From: an uncultured Gammaproteobacteria bacterium
GTDB taxonomy: Bacteria; Pseudomonadota; Gammaproteobacteria; SZUA-229
Assembly (NCBI GenBank): GCA_965368115.1
Contig: CBDULQ010000002.1
Location: 1-44,805, forward strand
DNA length: 44,805 nucleotides
Direction: 5' to 3'
In this document: piece after piece, positions 32,156-44,230 of the stretch
Layout: every line of letters begins with the position of its first letter
Position numbering within the stretch: position 1 is the first letter of the stretch
Position numbers and translations under genes: made by a program
Notes under the pieces: generated by a model
What the model saw: the letters and a program-made list of their open reading frames with translations, nothing else
Told to the model about the DNA's origin: nothing
Databases searched by the model: none

Positions 32156-35100
32156 TTATTGCACCGGCATCGGCTGTAAACAGCCGCAGTGGGTGAACAG
32201 CAGGTAGGCGCTGAGTTTTCGGTTCGGCCAGAGACCGGCGACTCCCTGGGCATAATATTGCATCTGCTCGCGATAAGCTTCCGCCAGTTGTGACAGATTG
32301 TCGGTACTGGCCTGGATGTGGCTCTTGTAGTCGATGATGATGATCTGTTGGTCATTGACCAGCAGTCGATCGATCAGGCCATACACACCCTGTTGCTGGT
32401 GCTGGTAGTGCAGGGGACACTCGTTGTAGGCGCGCCAGTCGTCATCGGGATGAAAAACGAACGCCAGTTGCGGATCGGCGATCAGCGTCTGCGCTTCGTT
32501 AATACATTCATCGATCAGCGAATCATGCATGCCCAGTTCCAGTTCTGCGCACAGAATGCGGCGCAGTTGTGCCGCACTACGGGGATTCGGTCCGGTGAGC
32601 AGTTCCAGGCAGCGATGAACCGCAAGGCCACGCGTCTGGGCGTCTTCATCGAGACTGTCGACAGTATGTGATGAACTGAAACGACTGGGCGCGATCAGCA
32701 TGTCGAGCGGGTGTTGAACGCGGTCGCGGCTTAGCCAGTTATCGTCGAGTGCAATGGTCGGCGCAGTGCCTGTCGAGGCCGGTGCCGCAGCTGTTTGCAG
32801 TTCGCCGAATTCGAAGCGGATATGTTCCGCCTCGGGCTGTCTGGTGAGTGTGCGCAGCGCATTTTGCAGCGGATGATACCAGTCCAGCATCGGGCCGCGT
32901 TGTTTCGGTTTACAGGCACTGATGTAGAGTATCTGTTTGGCCCGGGTGAGCGCGACATACAGCAGATTGGCCTGTTCCCGGTCCTGCACATGGCGTTGTT
33001 TTTCCAGCAGTGATTCGGACAGGCTGTCGCGTTGCTGAGTGCCAGGGATGAGCTGGAAATGTGTCGGCCGCGGCTGGTCGACCGGCCAGTCGACCAGGGT
33101 CGACATGCTGTTGTGATCGCGCATGATGCTGATGCAGTCGGCGAGAAAGACCACTGGTGCTTCCAGACCTTTACTGGCATGAATGGTCATGATCTTCACG
33201 CGGGATTCGGCGGATTGCATCGGCGCTTCGTCCGGTGCGTCGCTGCTCAGTGATTTAAGACTGCGAATGGTCTGTAGAAAATGCATCAGGCTCGGGTAAC
33301 GTCCGCTGTCCAGGTCCAGCGCCAGTTCCAGAAAGCGGGTCAGGTTGGCCTGTACCCGTGGCCGCAACGCCGGCGGTGTTGCGGCCTGATAACGATCGAG
33401 CAGATTCGCCTGGTGATAGATTCTGTCCAGCAGGTCATGTACGGGAATGCGGTCGACCAGTGCTCGCCATTCCTGAATGTAGTGCCGGGCACGCCGTAGC
33501 GGATGATCGTCGTCGAGTGAATCGCCGATGTCCGCCAGGCGTTCGATCCACAAGGGCGAGGATTTGTTCTGCGCTAGTTGCATCAGGTCTTCGTCACTGG
33601 CGGAAAACAATGGCGACTTGAGTACCTGGGCCAGGGCCAGATTGTTGAATGGTGTCAGCAGGGTATCGAGCAGGGCTTCCATGTCCTGTATTTCGATACA
33701 GTCGAGCAGGGTGCCACGGTTGGCGCCCAGGTAAGGAATGCCGGCCTGGCGCAATGCCTGTTCGTAATCGGCCAGGTGAATACGTTTGCGCACCAGGATG
33801 AAAATATCGTCGTAGCGAACAGGGCGTGCCGATGCGCCGCTACCGATCAGTGTGCCCGAATCCAGCAGACGTTTGATGGCGTCGGCGATCAGTCGACCCT
33901 CATCAAGATAGATGCCGGGCTTTTCCGCGCGTGGTTGTTGCAGAGGATTGCGCAGCCCAGGGATGGATTCATCTTCCTCCGCGTCGTCATCCGGGTTTTC
34001 CAGCGCCGGAAAAATTTCCACCCGTCCCGGCAGGCTCTGGTGATGCGTATCATGGCGGCTGAAACTTTCCATCAGTGATTGATAGTCCGCCTGTTCGAAA
34101 ACCGCGTTTACGGTTTGCATGATGGCGGGCGACGAGCGCCAGGATTTATTCAGCGGAAACGCCTGCGCCTGCAGCTGATCAGCCAGCCATTGCGAGGCTC
34201 GTGCCTGTAACTCGGGTTTGGCCCGACGGAAGCTGTAGATCGACTGCTTTTCGTCACCGACCAGAAACACGCTGCGCGAACGTTGTTCCTCAGACTGCGT
34301 CATTTCTTCCAGTAACGGCAGCAGCAACTGCCACTGGGTGGGATTGGTGTCCTGAAATTCGTCGATCAACAGGTGATCGATACGCTGATCGAGTTTGTAC
34401 TGTACCCAGAGCGCGTTGTCCGAATGTTGCAGCAGGCGGTAACTGCGCCATTCCAGGTCAGTGAAATCGAGCTGACGCAGTTCGCGTTTCAGTTTCTGGT
34501 AATGGGCGACAAAAGCGTCACCGCATTGATACCAGAGTTGATTGAGACGCCAGCTATGTTGCTTGTTGAGCTCGTCACGAACGCGCAGAATGCGTTCCGG
34601 AATCTGTTCCGCCAGTTGCAGAAATGCGTCTGCGTCTTCAGCCAGTTTCTTACGCAACGATTGCGAGTCCTTGCGACCGCTGACGATGGCGGTATTTTTC
34701 TGGGTCAGAAAACAGCCGACGAGTCGATCGAACGCCGGTTCGTCGAATGCGGCTTCGGCGAGTATGCGTGCCAGTTCATCAGCATGTTTAAGATTGGTTT
34801 TGCCCTGGGTGTCGGCCAGCATTTTGGCAAAGCGATGGATCATTTGCAGATTACGGTCATTAAAAAAAGCCGCCAGGGGATCCTGCTGCGGGTCGATTCC
34901 CAGTTGCTGTTGCAGATGATCGCCGGCCCAGGCACAGGGATCGGCCTGGCCTTCGCTGTATGCCCACCAGTCGCTGCGATGATGTAGAAAGCTTTCCAGT
35001 GCGGTGGTCAGGTTGAACAGGCCGCCGCAGGCATCCATCAGTGCCTGTAAACGCTCGGCGAGTTCGCCGTTCATATCCAGGGCGGCTTCATTGAACAGGG

Positions 35101-35548
35101 CGTCACGAGCCTGGCGAATCAATAGCGAGCTACTATCCAGTAATTCGAAGCCGGGGGGCACGTCCGCCTCCAGCGGGAAGCGGGTAAGCAGGTCCTGGCA
35201 AAACGAGTGAAAGGTCTGGGTGCGAACCGGATAGTCGCAATACTGGTGAAATTCATACAGGTCGCGGGCGCGTCGGCGTAACTCCGGGTCGGGGCCGGCG
35301 CCCAGTTCTTCGAGCAGCTTGTCGAGCTGTTGAGCATCCGCCGTGGCCAGTTGATACAGGCGTTCCGCCAGCCGCTGCTGCATTTCCGCAGCCGCCTTGC
35401 GGGTAAAGGTAAGGGCGAGGATCCCGCCCGGTTCGGCGCCGGCCAGTAGCAGACGCAGGATGCGGGTGACCAGCATCCAGGTTTTTCCGCTCCCCGCCGA
35501 GGCGGTTACGGTGGCATTGCAGGCGGGATTGGCGGCGGCGACAGTCAT
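32156..35548 (-). CDS. addA: AddA-like UvrD helicase with C-terminal RecB-family nuclease
   Basis: ASAGSGKT, LTFTRKAA, IDEFQDT, VGDEKQSIY, TIHASKGLE, YVALTRA; nuclease G.IDR..IIDYKS..QMQYY. Confidence 0.85.
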   Translation of the reverse strand: MTVAAANPACNATVTASAGSGKTWMLVTRILRLLLAGAEPGGILALTFTRKAAAEMQQRLAERLYQLATADAQQLDKLLEELGAGPDPELRRRARDLYEFHQYCDYPVRTQTFHSFCQDLLTRFPLEADVPPGFELLDSSSLLIRQARDALFNEAALDMNGELAERLQALMDACGGLFNLTTALESFLHHRSDWWAYSEGQADPCAWAGDHLQQQLGIDPQQDPLAAFFNDRNLQMIHRFAKMLADTQGKTNLKHADELARILAEAAFDEPAFDRLVGCFLTQKNTAIVSGRKDSQSLRKKLAEDADAFLQLAEQIPERILRVRDELNKQHSWRLNQLWYQCGDAFVAHYQKLKRELRQLDFTDLEWRSYRLLQHSDNALWVQYKLDQRIDHLLIDEFQDTNPTQWQLLLPLLEEMTQSEEQRSRSVFLVGDEKQSIYSFRRAKPELQARASQWLADQLQAQAFPLNKSWRSSPAIMQTVNAVFEQADYQSLMESFSRHDTHHQSLPGRVEIFPALENPDDDAEEDESIPGLRNPLQQPRAEKPGIYLDEGRLIADAIKRLLDSGTLIGSGASARPVRYDDIFILVRKRIHLADYEQALRQAGIPYLGANRGTLLDCIEIQDMEALLDTLLTPFNNLALAQVLKSPLFSASDEDLMQLAQNKSSPLWIERLADIGDSLDDDHPLRRARHYIQEWRALVDRIPVHDLLDRIYHQANLLDRYQAATPPALRPRVQANLTRFLELALDLDSGRYPSLMHFLQTIRSLKSLSSDAPDEAPMQSAESRVKIMTIHASKGLEAPVVFLADCISIMRDHNSMSTLVDWPVDQPRPTHFQLIPGTQQRDSLSESLLEKQRHVQDREQANLLYVALTRAKQILYISACKPKQRGPMLDWYHPLQNALRTLTRQPEAEHIRFEFGELQTAAAPASTGTAPTIALDDNWLSRDRVQHPLDMLIAPSRFSSSHTVDSLDEDAQTRGLAVHRCLELLTGPNPRSAAQLRRILCAELELGMHDSLIDECINEAQTLIADPQLAFVFHPDDDWRAYNECPLHYQHQQQGVYGLIDRLLVNDQQIIIIDYKSHIQASTDNLSQLAEAYREQMQYYAQGVAGLWPNRKLSAYLLFTHCGCLQPMPVQ

Positions 35549-35554
35549 GGCGGC

Positions 35555-35584
35555 ATTGTAAGGGGTTTTGCCGGACCCGCGCAA
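35555..35584 (-). promoter_or_regulatory. Putative sigma70 promoter of addA (leaderless geometry)
   Basis: Minus strand TTGCGC-18 nt-TACAAT, then 6 nt, then ATG. Confidence 0.5.
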
Positions 35585-35613
35585 AGCAAGGCGGCAAAAC
35601 CTGATCCACGGCT

Positions 35614-35642
35614 TTGCGTCCGAACGCCAAGTCTTTTATAGT
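35614..35642 (+). promoter_or_regulatory. Putative sigma70 promoter of parE
   Basis: TTGCGT-17 nt-TATAGT. Confidence 0.6.
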
Positions 35643-35675
35643 TGCGCGTCAACAGGTACCACACGAGAAGACTGA

Positions 35676-37559
<1,884 letters not shown>

Positions 37560-37569
37560 AAGATTATTT

Positions 37570-37676
37570 TCCGCAAATGAACGCAAATCGACGCTAGTGT
37601 TTTTCTGCCGGGCTCCGGCCCGGCATTGTTGAATGTGTGATTTTTACATTCGCAAGTTTTTGCGTTCATTTGCGGA
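37570..37676. repeat. 107-bp element with 18-bp perfect terminal inverted repeats and two internal hairpins
   Basis: TCCGCAAATGAACGCAAA (37570-37587) / TTTGCGTTCATTTGCGGA (37659-37676). Confidence 0.85.
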
Positions 37677-37707
37677 CTCTGAACATAAAACAGGTTAAAA
37701 ACATATT

Positions 37708-39966
37708 ATGTCGAACCAGGAAAACCTGAATTTCGAAGGCATCGAACAGCAGCCGCTGGCGCATTTTACCGAGAAGGCATACCTGGATTATTCCATGTAC
37801 GTCATTCTCGATCGCGCTTTGCCGTTCATCGGCGATGGCCTGAAGCCGGTGCAACGCCGTATTGTGTATGCCATGTCTGAACTTGGACTGAATGCCTCGG
37901 CCAAGTACAAAAAGTCGGCGCGTACCGTTGGTGACGTGCTGGGTAAATTCCATCCGCACGGTGATAGCGCCTGTTATGAAGCCATGGTGCTGATGGCGCA
38001 AAGTTTTTCCTATCGTTATCCGTTGATCGACGGTCAGGGTAACTGGGGATCGCCGGATGATCCGAAATCGTTTGCTGCGATGCGTTATACCGAATCGCGG
38101 CTGGCGAAATACTCGGAGGTTCTGCTTAGCGAACTGGGTCAGGGCACAGTGGCCTGGATTCCCAACTTCGACGGCACCCTGGACGAGCCCAAGTCGCTGC
38201 CGGCACGATTGCCGAATGTGTTGCTGAATGGCTCCACCGGTATTGCCGTGGGTATGGCGACGGATATCCCGCCGCATAATCTCCGCGAAGTCGCCAGTGC
38301 CTGTATTCGTCTGCTCGATGAACCCAAGGCCACGATCGAGCAATTATGCGAACACATTCAGGGACCGGATTTTCCCACCGCGGCGGAGATCGTCACGCCG
38401 CGAGCGGAAATCATCAGCATGTATTACAAGGGCAATGGCAGTATCCGCGCCCGTGCACGTTTTGAAAAAGAGGACGGCGATATCGTCATTACCGCGCTGC
38501 CGTATCAGGTCTCCGGCAATCGTATTCTGGAGCAGATCGCGCAGCAGATGACCTCGAAAAAACTGCCCATGGTGGAGGATATCCGTGACGAATCGGATCA
38601 CGAAAATCCGACCCGCCTGGTGATCGTGCCACGTTCCAACCGTGTCGATACCGAGCAATTGATGAATCACCTGTTCGCGACCACCGACCTGGAGCGCAGT
38701 TATCGCGTAAACCTGAATATGATCGGTGTCGACGGACGTCCACAGGTCAAGGACCTGCGTATGCTGCTCAAGGAGTGGCTGTCGTTCCGGACCGAAACCG
38801 TGCGCAACCGACTCAACTGGCGCCTCGACAAGGTCGATAAACGACTGCACCTGTTGGAGGGTTTGCTGATCGCATTCCTGAACATCGATGAAGTGATTCG
38901 AATCATCCGCGAAACGGACAAGCCGAAACCGGCATTGATGGAACGCTTCAAACTGTCCGAATTGCAGGCTGATTACATTCTGGATACCAGGTTGCGACAA
39001 CTGGCGCGACTCGAAGAAATGAAGATCAGGACCGAGCAGCAGGAACTGGCGGAAGAGAAGGCTGAGCTGGAAAAAATTCTCGGCTCCGAGCGGCGCCTGA
39101 AAACCCTGATCAAGAAAGAGATCATGGAAACCGCCGAAGAACATGGCGACGACCGTCGTTCACCCATCGTGGAACGCGAATCGGCTCAGGCGATGGACGA
39201 GACCGCACTGATTCCCAGCGAAGCGATTACTGTCGTGTTGTCGCAAAAAGGCTGGGTACGTGCCGCCAAGGGTCATGAAATCGATCCCGCCAATCTTAAT
39301 TACAAGGCCGGCGATAGTTTCCAGTCATCGGCCATGGGTAAGAGTAATCAACTGGTGGTGTTCCTGGACAGTGCCGGACGCGCCTATACGTTGCAGGCGC
39401 ACACGCTGCCGTCGGCACGCGGCCAGGGTGAGCCACTGACCGGCCGCTTCAATCCACCGTCCGGTGCCGTGTTCGTTGCGAGCATGATGGGGCAGGATGA
39501 TGATCTCTACCTGTTCTCAACCTCGTTTGGCTACGGTTTTGTGTGTCGTCTGGGCGACCTTTATTCCCGTGCCAAGGCGGGTAAGACCTTCATGAACGTG
39601 CCCGCTGGTGCCAGGGTTATGCCGCCGGTCCGGGTGCGTAGCCTGCAGGATGACTGGATCGTGGCGGTAACCTCGGAAGGTCATATGCTGGTGACGGCAC
39701 TGGAAGAGTTGCCACAGATGTCACGTGGCAAGGGCAACAAGATTATTAATGTGCCGCCTGCTAAACTCAAGGCAATGGAAGAATGGGTCGCGGCAATCGA
39801 CCTTATCCAGGACGGTGAAAAACTGGTGGTCTATGCGGGTAAAAAACATAAAACCATGAAACCCGAAGAAGTCGACGAGCATGCGGCGGAACGCGGCAAA
39901 CGCGGTTTGAAACTGCCGCGCGGTTACCAGAATGTCGATACCATCGAAGTGCTTGTAAACGAGTAG
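37708..39966 (+). CDS. parC: DNA topoisomerase IV subunit A
   Basis: [33 protein letters not shown]. Confidence 0.97.
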   Translation: MSNQENLNFEGIEQQPLAHFTEKAYLDYSMYVILDRALPFIGDGLKPVQRRIVYAMSELGLNASAKYKKSARTVGDVLGKFHPHGDSACYEAMVLMAQSFSYRYPLIDGQGNWGSPDDPKSFAAMRYTESRLAKYSEVLLSELGQGTVAWIPNFDGTLDEPKSLPARLPNVLLNGSTGIAVGMATDIPPHNLREVASACIRLLDEPKATIEQLCEHIQGPDFPTAAEIVTPRAEIISMYYKGNGSIRARARFEKEDGDIVITALPYQVSGNRILEQIAQQMTSKKLPMVEDIRDESDHENPTRLVIVPRSNRVDTEQLMNHLFATTDLERSYRVNLNMIGVDGRPQVKDLRMLLKEWLSFRTETVRNRLNWRLDKVDKRLHLLEGLLIAFLNIDEVIRIIRETDKPKPALMERFKLSELQADYILDTRLRQLARLEEMKIRTEQQELAEEKAELEKILGSERRLKTLIKKEIMETAEEHGDDRRSPIVERESAQAMDETALIPSEAITVVLSQKGWVRAAKGHEIDPANLNYKAGDSFQSSAMGKSNQLVVFLDSAGRAYTLQAHTLPSARGQGEPLTGRFNPPSGAVFVASMMGQDDDLYLFSTSFGYGFVCRLGDLYSRAKAGKTFMNVPAGARVMPPVRVRSLQDDWIVAVTSEGHMLVTALEELPQMSRGKGNKIINVPPAKLKAMEEWVAAIDLIQDGEKLVVYAGKKHKTMKPEEVDEHAAERGKRGLKLPRGYQNVDTIEVLVNE

Positions 39967-39981
39967 TTTTAGAAGGACATC

Positions 39982-40716
39982 ATGGATAAGCTGATTGAGG
40001 CCGCATTACAAACGGCCCATTTGCCAAGCTTGCCCGACCTGGTTCGGGATCTGCAACGTCTTATCGACCGCGGCGAAGACATGGCCGTGATTGCCGATCT
40101 GCTGGGTACTGATACCGGTATGGTAGCCAGAGTCATCGAGCTGGCCAATTCCGCTTTTTATGGACACAAGAACATCACCCGCATTTTCGATGCCATTCAC
40201 ATCATCGGCCTGAATCGTATCATCCTGTTTGTGCGCACCGCTTATTGTGTGGAAATTCTCGAATCGATGGATGGTGATGAGGTCGACATGAAAGCCTTCT
40301 GGACGCGGTCTTACGTAGCAGGACTGGTAAGCGCCAATATTGCCGAACGTATCAGTTACCCGCAGCCAGATACCATATACACTGCTGGAGTGATGATGTA
40401 TGTAGGTGAAATCATCCGGGCACTGATTGCTGAAGATATGGTCGAAAATAATATTCCCTGCAATCAGCTGGCGGCTGCGCAAATGGAAATTTGGGGTTTT
40501 CCCGATATATTAAATGTGGCGATCGAATTTTATCCGCAACCCTCTTTGTGTCCCGATCGTTATGCGCTACCGGCTTCAATTATTCATCTTACCGATTGCA
40601 TTGTGTCGGAACGGATCGACGAAATCGATCCCGATGCGCTCAATGTTACTCACCTGTCTAATGATGATATTGAAGAGATCAGCAACGAATTCAAGCAGAT
40701 TACTTTATACCAATGA
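39982..40716 (+). CDS. HDOD domain protein
   Basis: LPSLP, ANSAFYG, AIHIIGL, FWTRS, WGFP. Confidence 0.82.
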   Translation: MDKLIEAALQTAHLPSLPDLVRDLQRLIDRGEDMAVIADLLGTDTGMVARVIELANSAFYGHKNITRIFDAIHIIGLNRIILFVRTAYCVEILESMDGDEVDMKAFWTRSYVAGLVSANIAERISYPQPDTIYTAGVMMYVGEIIRALIAEDMVENNIPCNQLAAAQMEIWGFPDILNVAIEFYPQPSLCPDRYALPASIIHLTDCIVSERIDEIDPDALNVTHLSNDDIEEISNEFKQITLYQ

Positions 40717-41033
40717 GTTCGATTACCCAGGCCCGATTCCAGATCGGACAGATTGTAGAGCACCGATTATTCAATTATCGCGGTGTCATCTTCGAAGTGG
40801 ACCCGGTGTTTTCACTCAGTGAAGACTGGTATGAACAGATGGCCCGATCGCGGCCACCGAAAGACCGGCCCTGGTATCATGTGCTGGTCGACAATGGAGT
40901 GCACACCACATATGTGGCAGAGCGAAACCTGGTTCCCAGTGCAAACCTCGATCAGATTCACCATCCTGCACTAACCGAGTACTTTAGCGCTTTCAAGAAC
41001 GGACTTTATCTTCCCCGCAATACCTTCATGTAA
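40713..41033 (+). CDS. hspQ: Heat shock protein HspQ (YccV-like)
   Basis: FQIGQIVEHRLFNYRGVIFEVDP, PWYHVLV, TYVAERNL. Confidence 0.92.
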   Translation: MSSITQARFQIGQIVEHRLFNYRGVIFEVDPVFSLSEDWYEQMARSRPPKDRPWYHVLVDNGVHTTYVAERNLVPSANLDQIHHPALTEYFSAFKNGLYLPRNTFM

Positions 41034-41289
41034 TCGGTTTTTCTGTCGTCCGGTAACAACTTAACCTGTATGGGGGATAGGTTGTGTCGGGAATTTTTCC
41101 TATACTAGCTTGCAATGAGATCGGCATCGTTAGTGTGAAGCTGCTGTTGCAATACGTTACCTTCTGGTGATTGATTGTGCCCTCCAGGGAGATTCCCGAA
41201 ACAGTATGTCACTTGCGGTGGTCGCTCAAAAACAATAGTCAGTTTCAACTCGGCCAGCATGACCGGCCGTAAGTGTGGAACGGGTTAAA

Positions 41290-41658
41290 ATGAATACAGA
41301 TGAGCGGTACCAGTCATTGAATTCTGATCGAAGTGAACAGCAGCAACGTCAGTTCTTTCGCGTCAAATACCCCTCCCAGTTTCGTCCGACTCTATTTCAT
41401 GATGATGAATGTTATGAAGTGCTGGATGTTTCGGAATATGGTCTGAAATTTTCAGCCAATGACGAGTGTCATTTCATGCACGGCCAAAAATTGCAGATGG
41501 AGCTGCAGTTTCACGATAAGGATAAATACAACTGTATGGGCAGGGTGGTTCGTTTGCAGGATAGTGCCATTGCGGTCAACCTGGTAACACCATTGCCTTT
41601 ACCTAAAATTCGTTCCCAGCATATTTTCCTTATTGGACAATCTGTCGAACGACGTTAA
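41290..41658 (+). CDS. Stand-alone PilZ domain protein
   Basis: RxxxR (RQFFR) and DxSxxG (DVSEYG) motifs; start at 41275 or 41290. Confidence 0.8.
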   Translation: MNTDERYQSLNSDRSEQQQRQFFRVKYPSQFRPTLFHDDECYEVLDVSEYGLKFSANDECHFMHGQKLQMELQFHDKDKYNCMGRVVRLQDSAIAVNLVTPLPLPKIRSQHIFLIGQSVERR

Positions 41659-41687
41659 ATGCAATATAGGTTCGGTCAGGTCCAGGT

Positions 41688-42032
41688 ATGATGTCATCCA
41701 TGAGTATGTCGCCAGTTGCGCTGCAAATACTAAAACAGCTCAACAAAATCGAAACCATTATGCTGGATCTCGGTCTGGTTCTGGACCAGCCACCACATGA
41801 AAGGGCTTTCGACAGTGAATTGCCGTTTTGTTGTGATCAGATGCAATTTCACGAATGGGTGCAGTTTGTGTTGATTCCGGGGACTCGTTACTCACTGTCC
41901 ATGCGTCAACCGCCGCCGTATCGTAGTCCGCTATCGGTTGTAGCAGAAACCGAAATGGCCGGTTTGTCTCAGGATACAAATGAATTACTATTGGCGATTC
42001 GTGAACTCGATGAGCTGTTTCGCCAGTTGTGA
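41688..42032 (+). CDS. yqcC: YqcC family protein
   Basis: AFDSELPFCCDQMQFHEWVQFVLIP; exact start uncertain. Confidence 0.78.
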   Translation: MMSSMSMSPVALQILKQLNKIETIMLDLGLVLDQPPHERAFDSELPFCCDQMQFHEWVQFVLIPGTRYSLSMRQPPPYRSPLSVVAETEMAGLSQDTNELLLAIRELDELFRQL

Positions 42033-42571
42033 TCGCCAAGTCCATTCTTAGCTGTCTTCTCATCCTGATGCTGGTGTCCTGTGCGCCACGGCAGGATACT
42101 TTCATATCCGTTCCGCTCGATGCCGAACAGGCTTTACTGTACGTCTACCGTCCGCATAATTTCTCCAATGTACTGATCGTGCCGCGATTGCGTATCGACG
42201 AGCAGCATGAGTTGAATATGGCGGATGGCCAGTGTGTATGGATGTCGCTGGCGCCGGGTCGCTACAGTCTGCAATTGCAGCTTGCTGAGCGTTATCAGGG
42301 GCAGCATCGACTGGATATCGAGTTGCTGGCGGGAGAGCGGCGTTTTGTAGCACTGACCACGCAGCTAAAATTCCGTAAAAACCAGCTTTATGATCGGCGC
42401 TTCGACTTACAATCCATCGACGCGCAGCAGGCTTTGCAGCAGATCAACGCCTGTAGCGCCTATGGTGAACCGGCTATAGACCATCAGGGCTCAACTGAAA
42501 GCGAAGCGGACAAGCCCCGGCAAAGTGAATTCTCCATTCAGAAATCTCGCGATCCGTTTTCGCGTCAATGA
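42029..42571 (+). CDS. Lipoprotein, DUF2846-like
   Basis: Lipobox LVSC; ALLYVYRP...LAPGRY. Confidence 0.7.
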   Translation: MIAKSILSCLLILMLVSCAPRQDTFISVPLDAEQALLYVYRPHNFSNVLIVPRLRIDEQHELNMADGQCVWMSLAPGRYSLQLQLAERYQGQHRLDIELLAGERRFVALTTQLKFRKNQLYDRRFDLQSIDAQQALQQINACSAYGEPAIDHQGSTESEADKPRQSEFSIQKSRDPFSRQ

Positions 42572-42678
42572 TAAACATCCGGTATTCCCGCCCAGCTTGA
42601 CATTGCTTCGGCGCAGGGTAAGTATGTGGCTTCATTCAATCGTTTAGCGATTCTCCCCGGCACTTATTGCCCGAATTC

Positions 42679-43554
42679 ATGAGTAAACCAGACTCAAAGC
42701 AGAACAAAACCGGCCGACCCGACCAGGCATTGATCAGGCGAATGCGCTGGCTGGTGCGTATGCTGAATGCGATTTCGCCACGCCTGACCGCACTCTGGTT
42801 GACGCGGATATGGTTCAGCACGCGTCGTTTTAAATTACCCGTGCGCGAGCAAAAATGGTTAACTCTGGCGCAACGGGACAACATCGATACGCCGTACGGT
42901 AAACTGGCGACTTATCTCTGGGACCAGCAGGGACCGACGGTGGTGTTGATTCACGGCTGGAGCGGTCGCGGTCTGCAAATGGGTGCATTCGCCGAGCCGC
43001 TGCAACAGGCCGGATTCAGGGTGCTGGCCTTCGACGCGCCGGGACATGGCGAATCCGCCGGCAACAGTACCACCATTTATGAAATCCTCGACTGTCTGCG
43101 TTTGCTGGAGCAGCGCCATGGTCTGTTTCATGGTGCAGTGGCGCATTCCTTCGGTGGTATGGTGCTGGCTTGTGCACTGGCCGATGGCATGTCCATGCAA
43201 CGTGTGGTGAGTATCGGTTCGCCGGTGCAGGTGGAATTTCTGGTGGAGTCTTTCTGCGACGCTTTACGCGTACCGGAAGCCAGTCGGCAGCGCTTTCGCC
43301 AGCGCCTGCTGAAACTGCTCGGCGACGATATGTATGAGCGCGGCTCCACCGATCGCATCGCACATCGCATTTCGACGCCCCTGTTACTTATCCATGATCG
43401 CCAGGATCAGGACGTGCCGGTTTCCCAGAGCGAACTGTTGAGCGGACGCTGGCCGCAGCTCGAACGCATGATAACCGATGGTCTTGGTCATCGGCGTATT
43501 CTGCGTGATACGCAGGTGGTGGACCGGGTGGTCGAGTATTTGAAGTCCGGCTGA
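42679..43554 (+). CDS. Alpha/beta-fold hydrolase
   Basis: IHGWSG, FDAPGHG, AHSFGG nucleophile elbow, HD..D, GLGHRRIL. Confidence 0.88.
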   Translation: MSKPDSKQNKTGRPDQALIRRMRWLVRMLNAISPRLTALWLTRIWFSTRRFKLPVREQKWLTLAQRDNIDTPYGKLATYLWDQQGPTVVLIHGWSGRGLQMGAFAEPLQQAGFRVLAFDAPGHGESAGNSTTIYEILDCLRLLEQRHGLFHGAVAHSFGGMVLACALADGMSMQRVVSIGSPVQVEFLVESFCDALRVPEASRQRFRQRLLKLLGDDMYERGSTDRIAHRISTPLLLIHDRQDQDVPVSQSELLSGRWPQLERMITDGLGHRRILRDTQVVDRVVEYLKSG

Positions 43555-43654
43555 TCCCCGTGTCAGGGGGCCTGCTCTCTCCAATGAACCCTGCTGATCC
43601 TGGCTACGACCCAGAGGGGAATCTATCAAATTAACCTCTGGAGAGGGCATAGTC

Positions 43655-44176
43655 ATGAATAAATGGTTAACCGGTATGCTGGTGCTGATGGCGCTGGGTT
43701 TTACTTCCATATCCTGGGCTATCGAGCCCATGTTGCCGCAGGGCTTCAAGCCCGTAAAACCCCTGGTGGTGGAAAAGCCGCAATTGCAACTCAAGGGCAA
43801 GTTGAAAATGGTCAGTCATGGCCAGTCCGGCGAATTCTGTCTGCATAAGTGCGAACCTTTCAGCAGTGATTTCAACCTGGCCAAACTGAAGTGTGGTTTT
43901 TATATCACGGTAAAAAACATCGGCGCCGGCCGCTCCCAGCCCACGGAAGCGCGCATCATCTACAGCAACGGTCAGGGCAACGGTGCTCGCGGCCCGATGA
44001 CGGTATTGCGTGCCCGGGTTCCGGCGCTGGCACCCAATCAGGTGCGTCGTCTGGAGTTCCGCCTGCCAACCGAAGCGGCCAAGCAGTATGCGAACACCCA
44101 GTATGGCATCCTCTATGATGTGGTGAGCACTGATCCCGCGGTGGCGAATCTGAGCGTGTTCCAGAAACCGCTTTGA
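43655..44176 (+). CDS. Exported hypothetical protein with a CARDB-like (Ig-fold) segment
   Basis: Signal peptide ending SWA; ITVKNIG...VPALAPNQ pattern; GGAGAGG RBS. Confidence 0.6.
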   Translation: MNKWLTGMLVLMALGFTSISWAIEPMLPQGFKPVKPLVVEKPQLQLKGKLKMVSHGQSGEFCLHKCEPFSSDFNLAKLKCGFYITVKNIGAGRSQPTEARIIYSNGQGNGARGPMTVLRARVPALAPNQVRRLEFRLPTEAAKQYANTQYGILYDVVSTDPAVANLSVFQKPL

Positions 44177-44194
44177 GCCCGCTTTATCGGCGTG

Positions 44195-44230
44195 AAAGCG
44201 CAGTCAACGTCGAGGTTGATTGCGCTTTTT
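44195..44230. terminator. Bidirectional terminator hairpin
   Basis: AAAGCGCAGTCAAC-GTCGAG-GTTGATTGCGCTTTTT between convergent genes. Confidence 0.75.
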
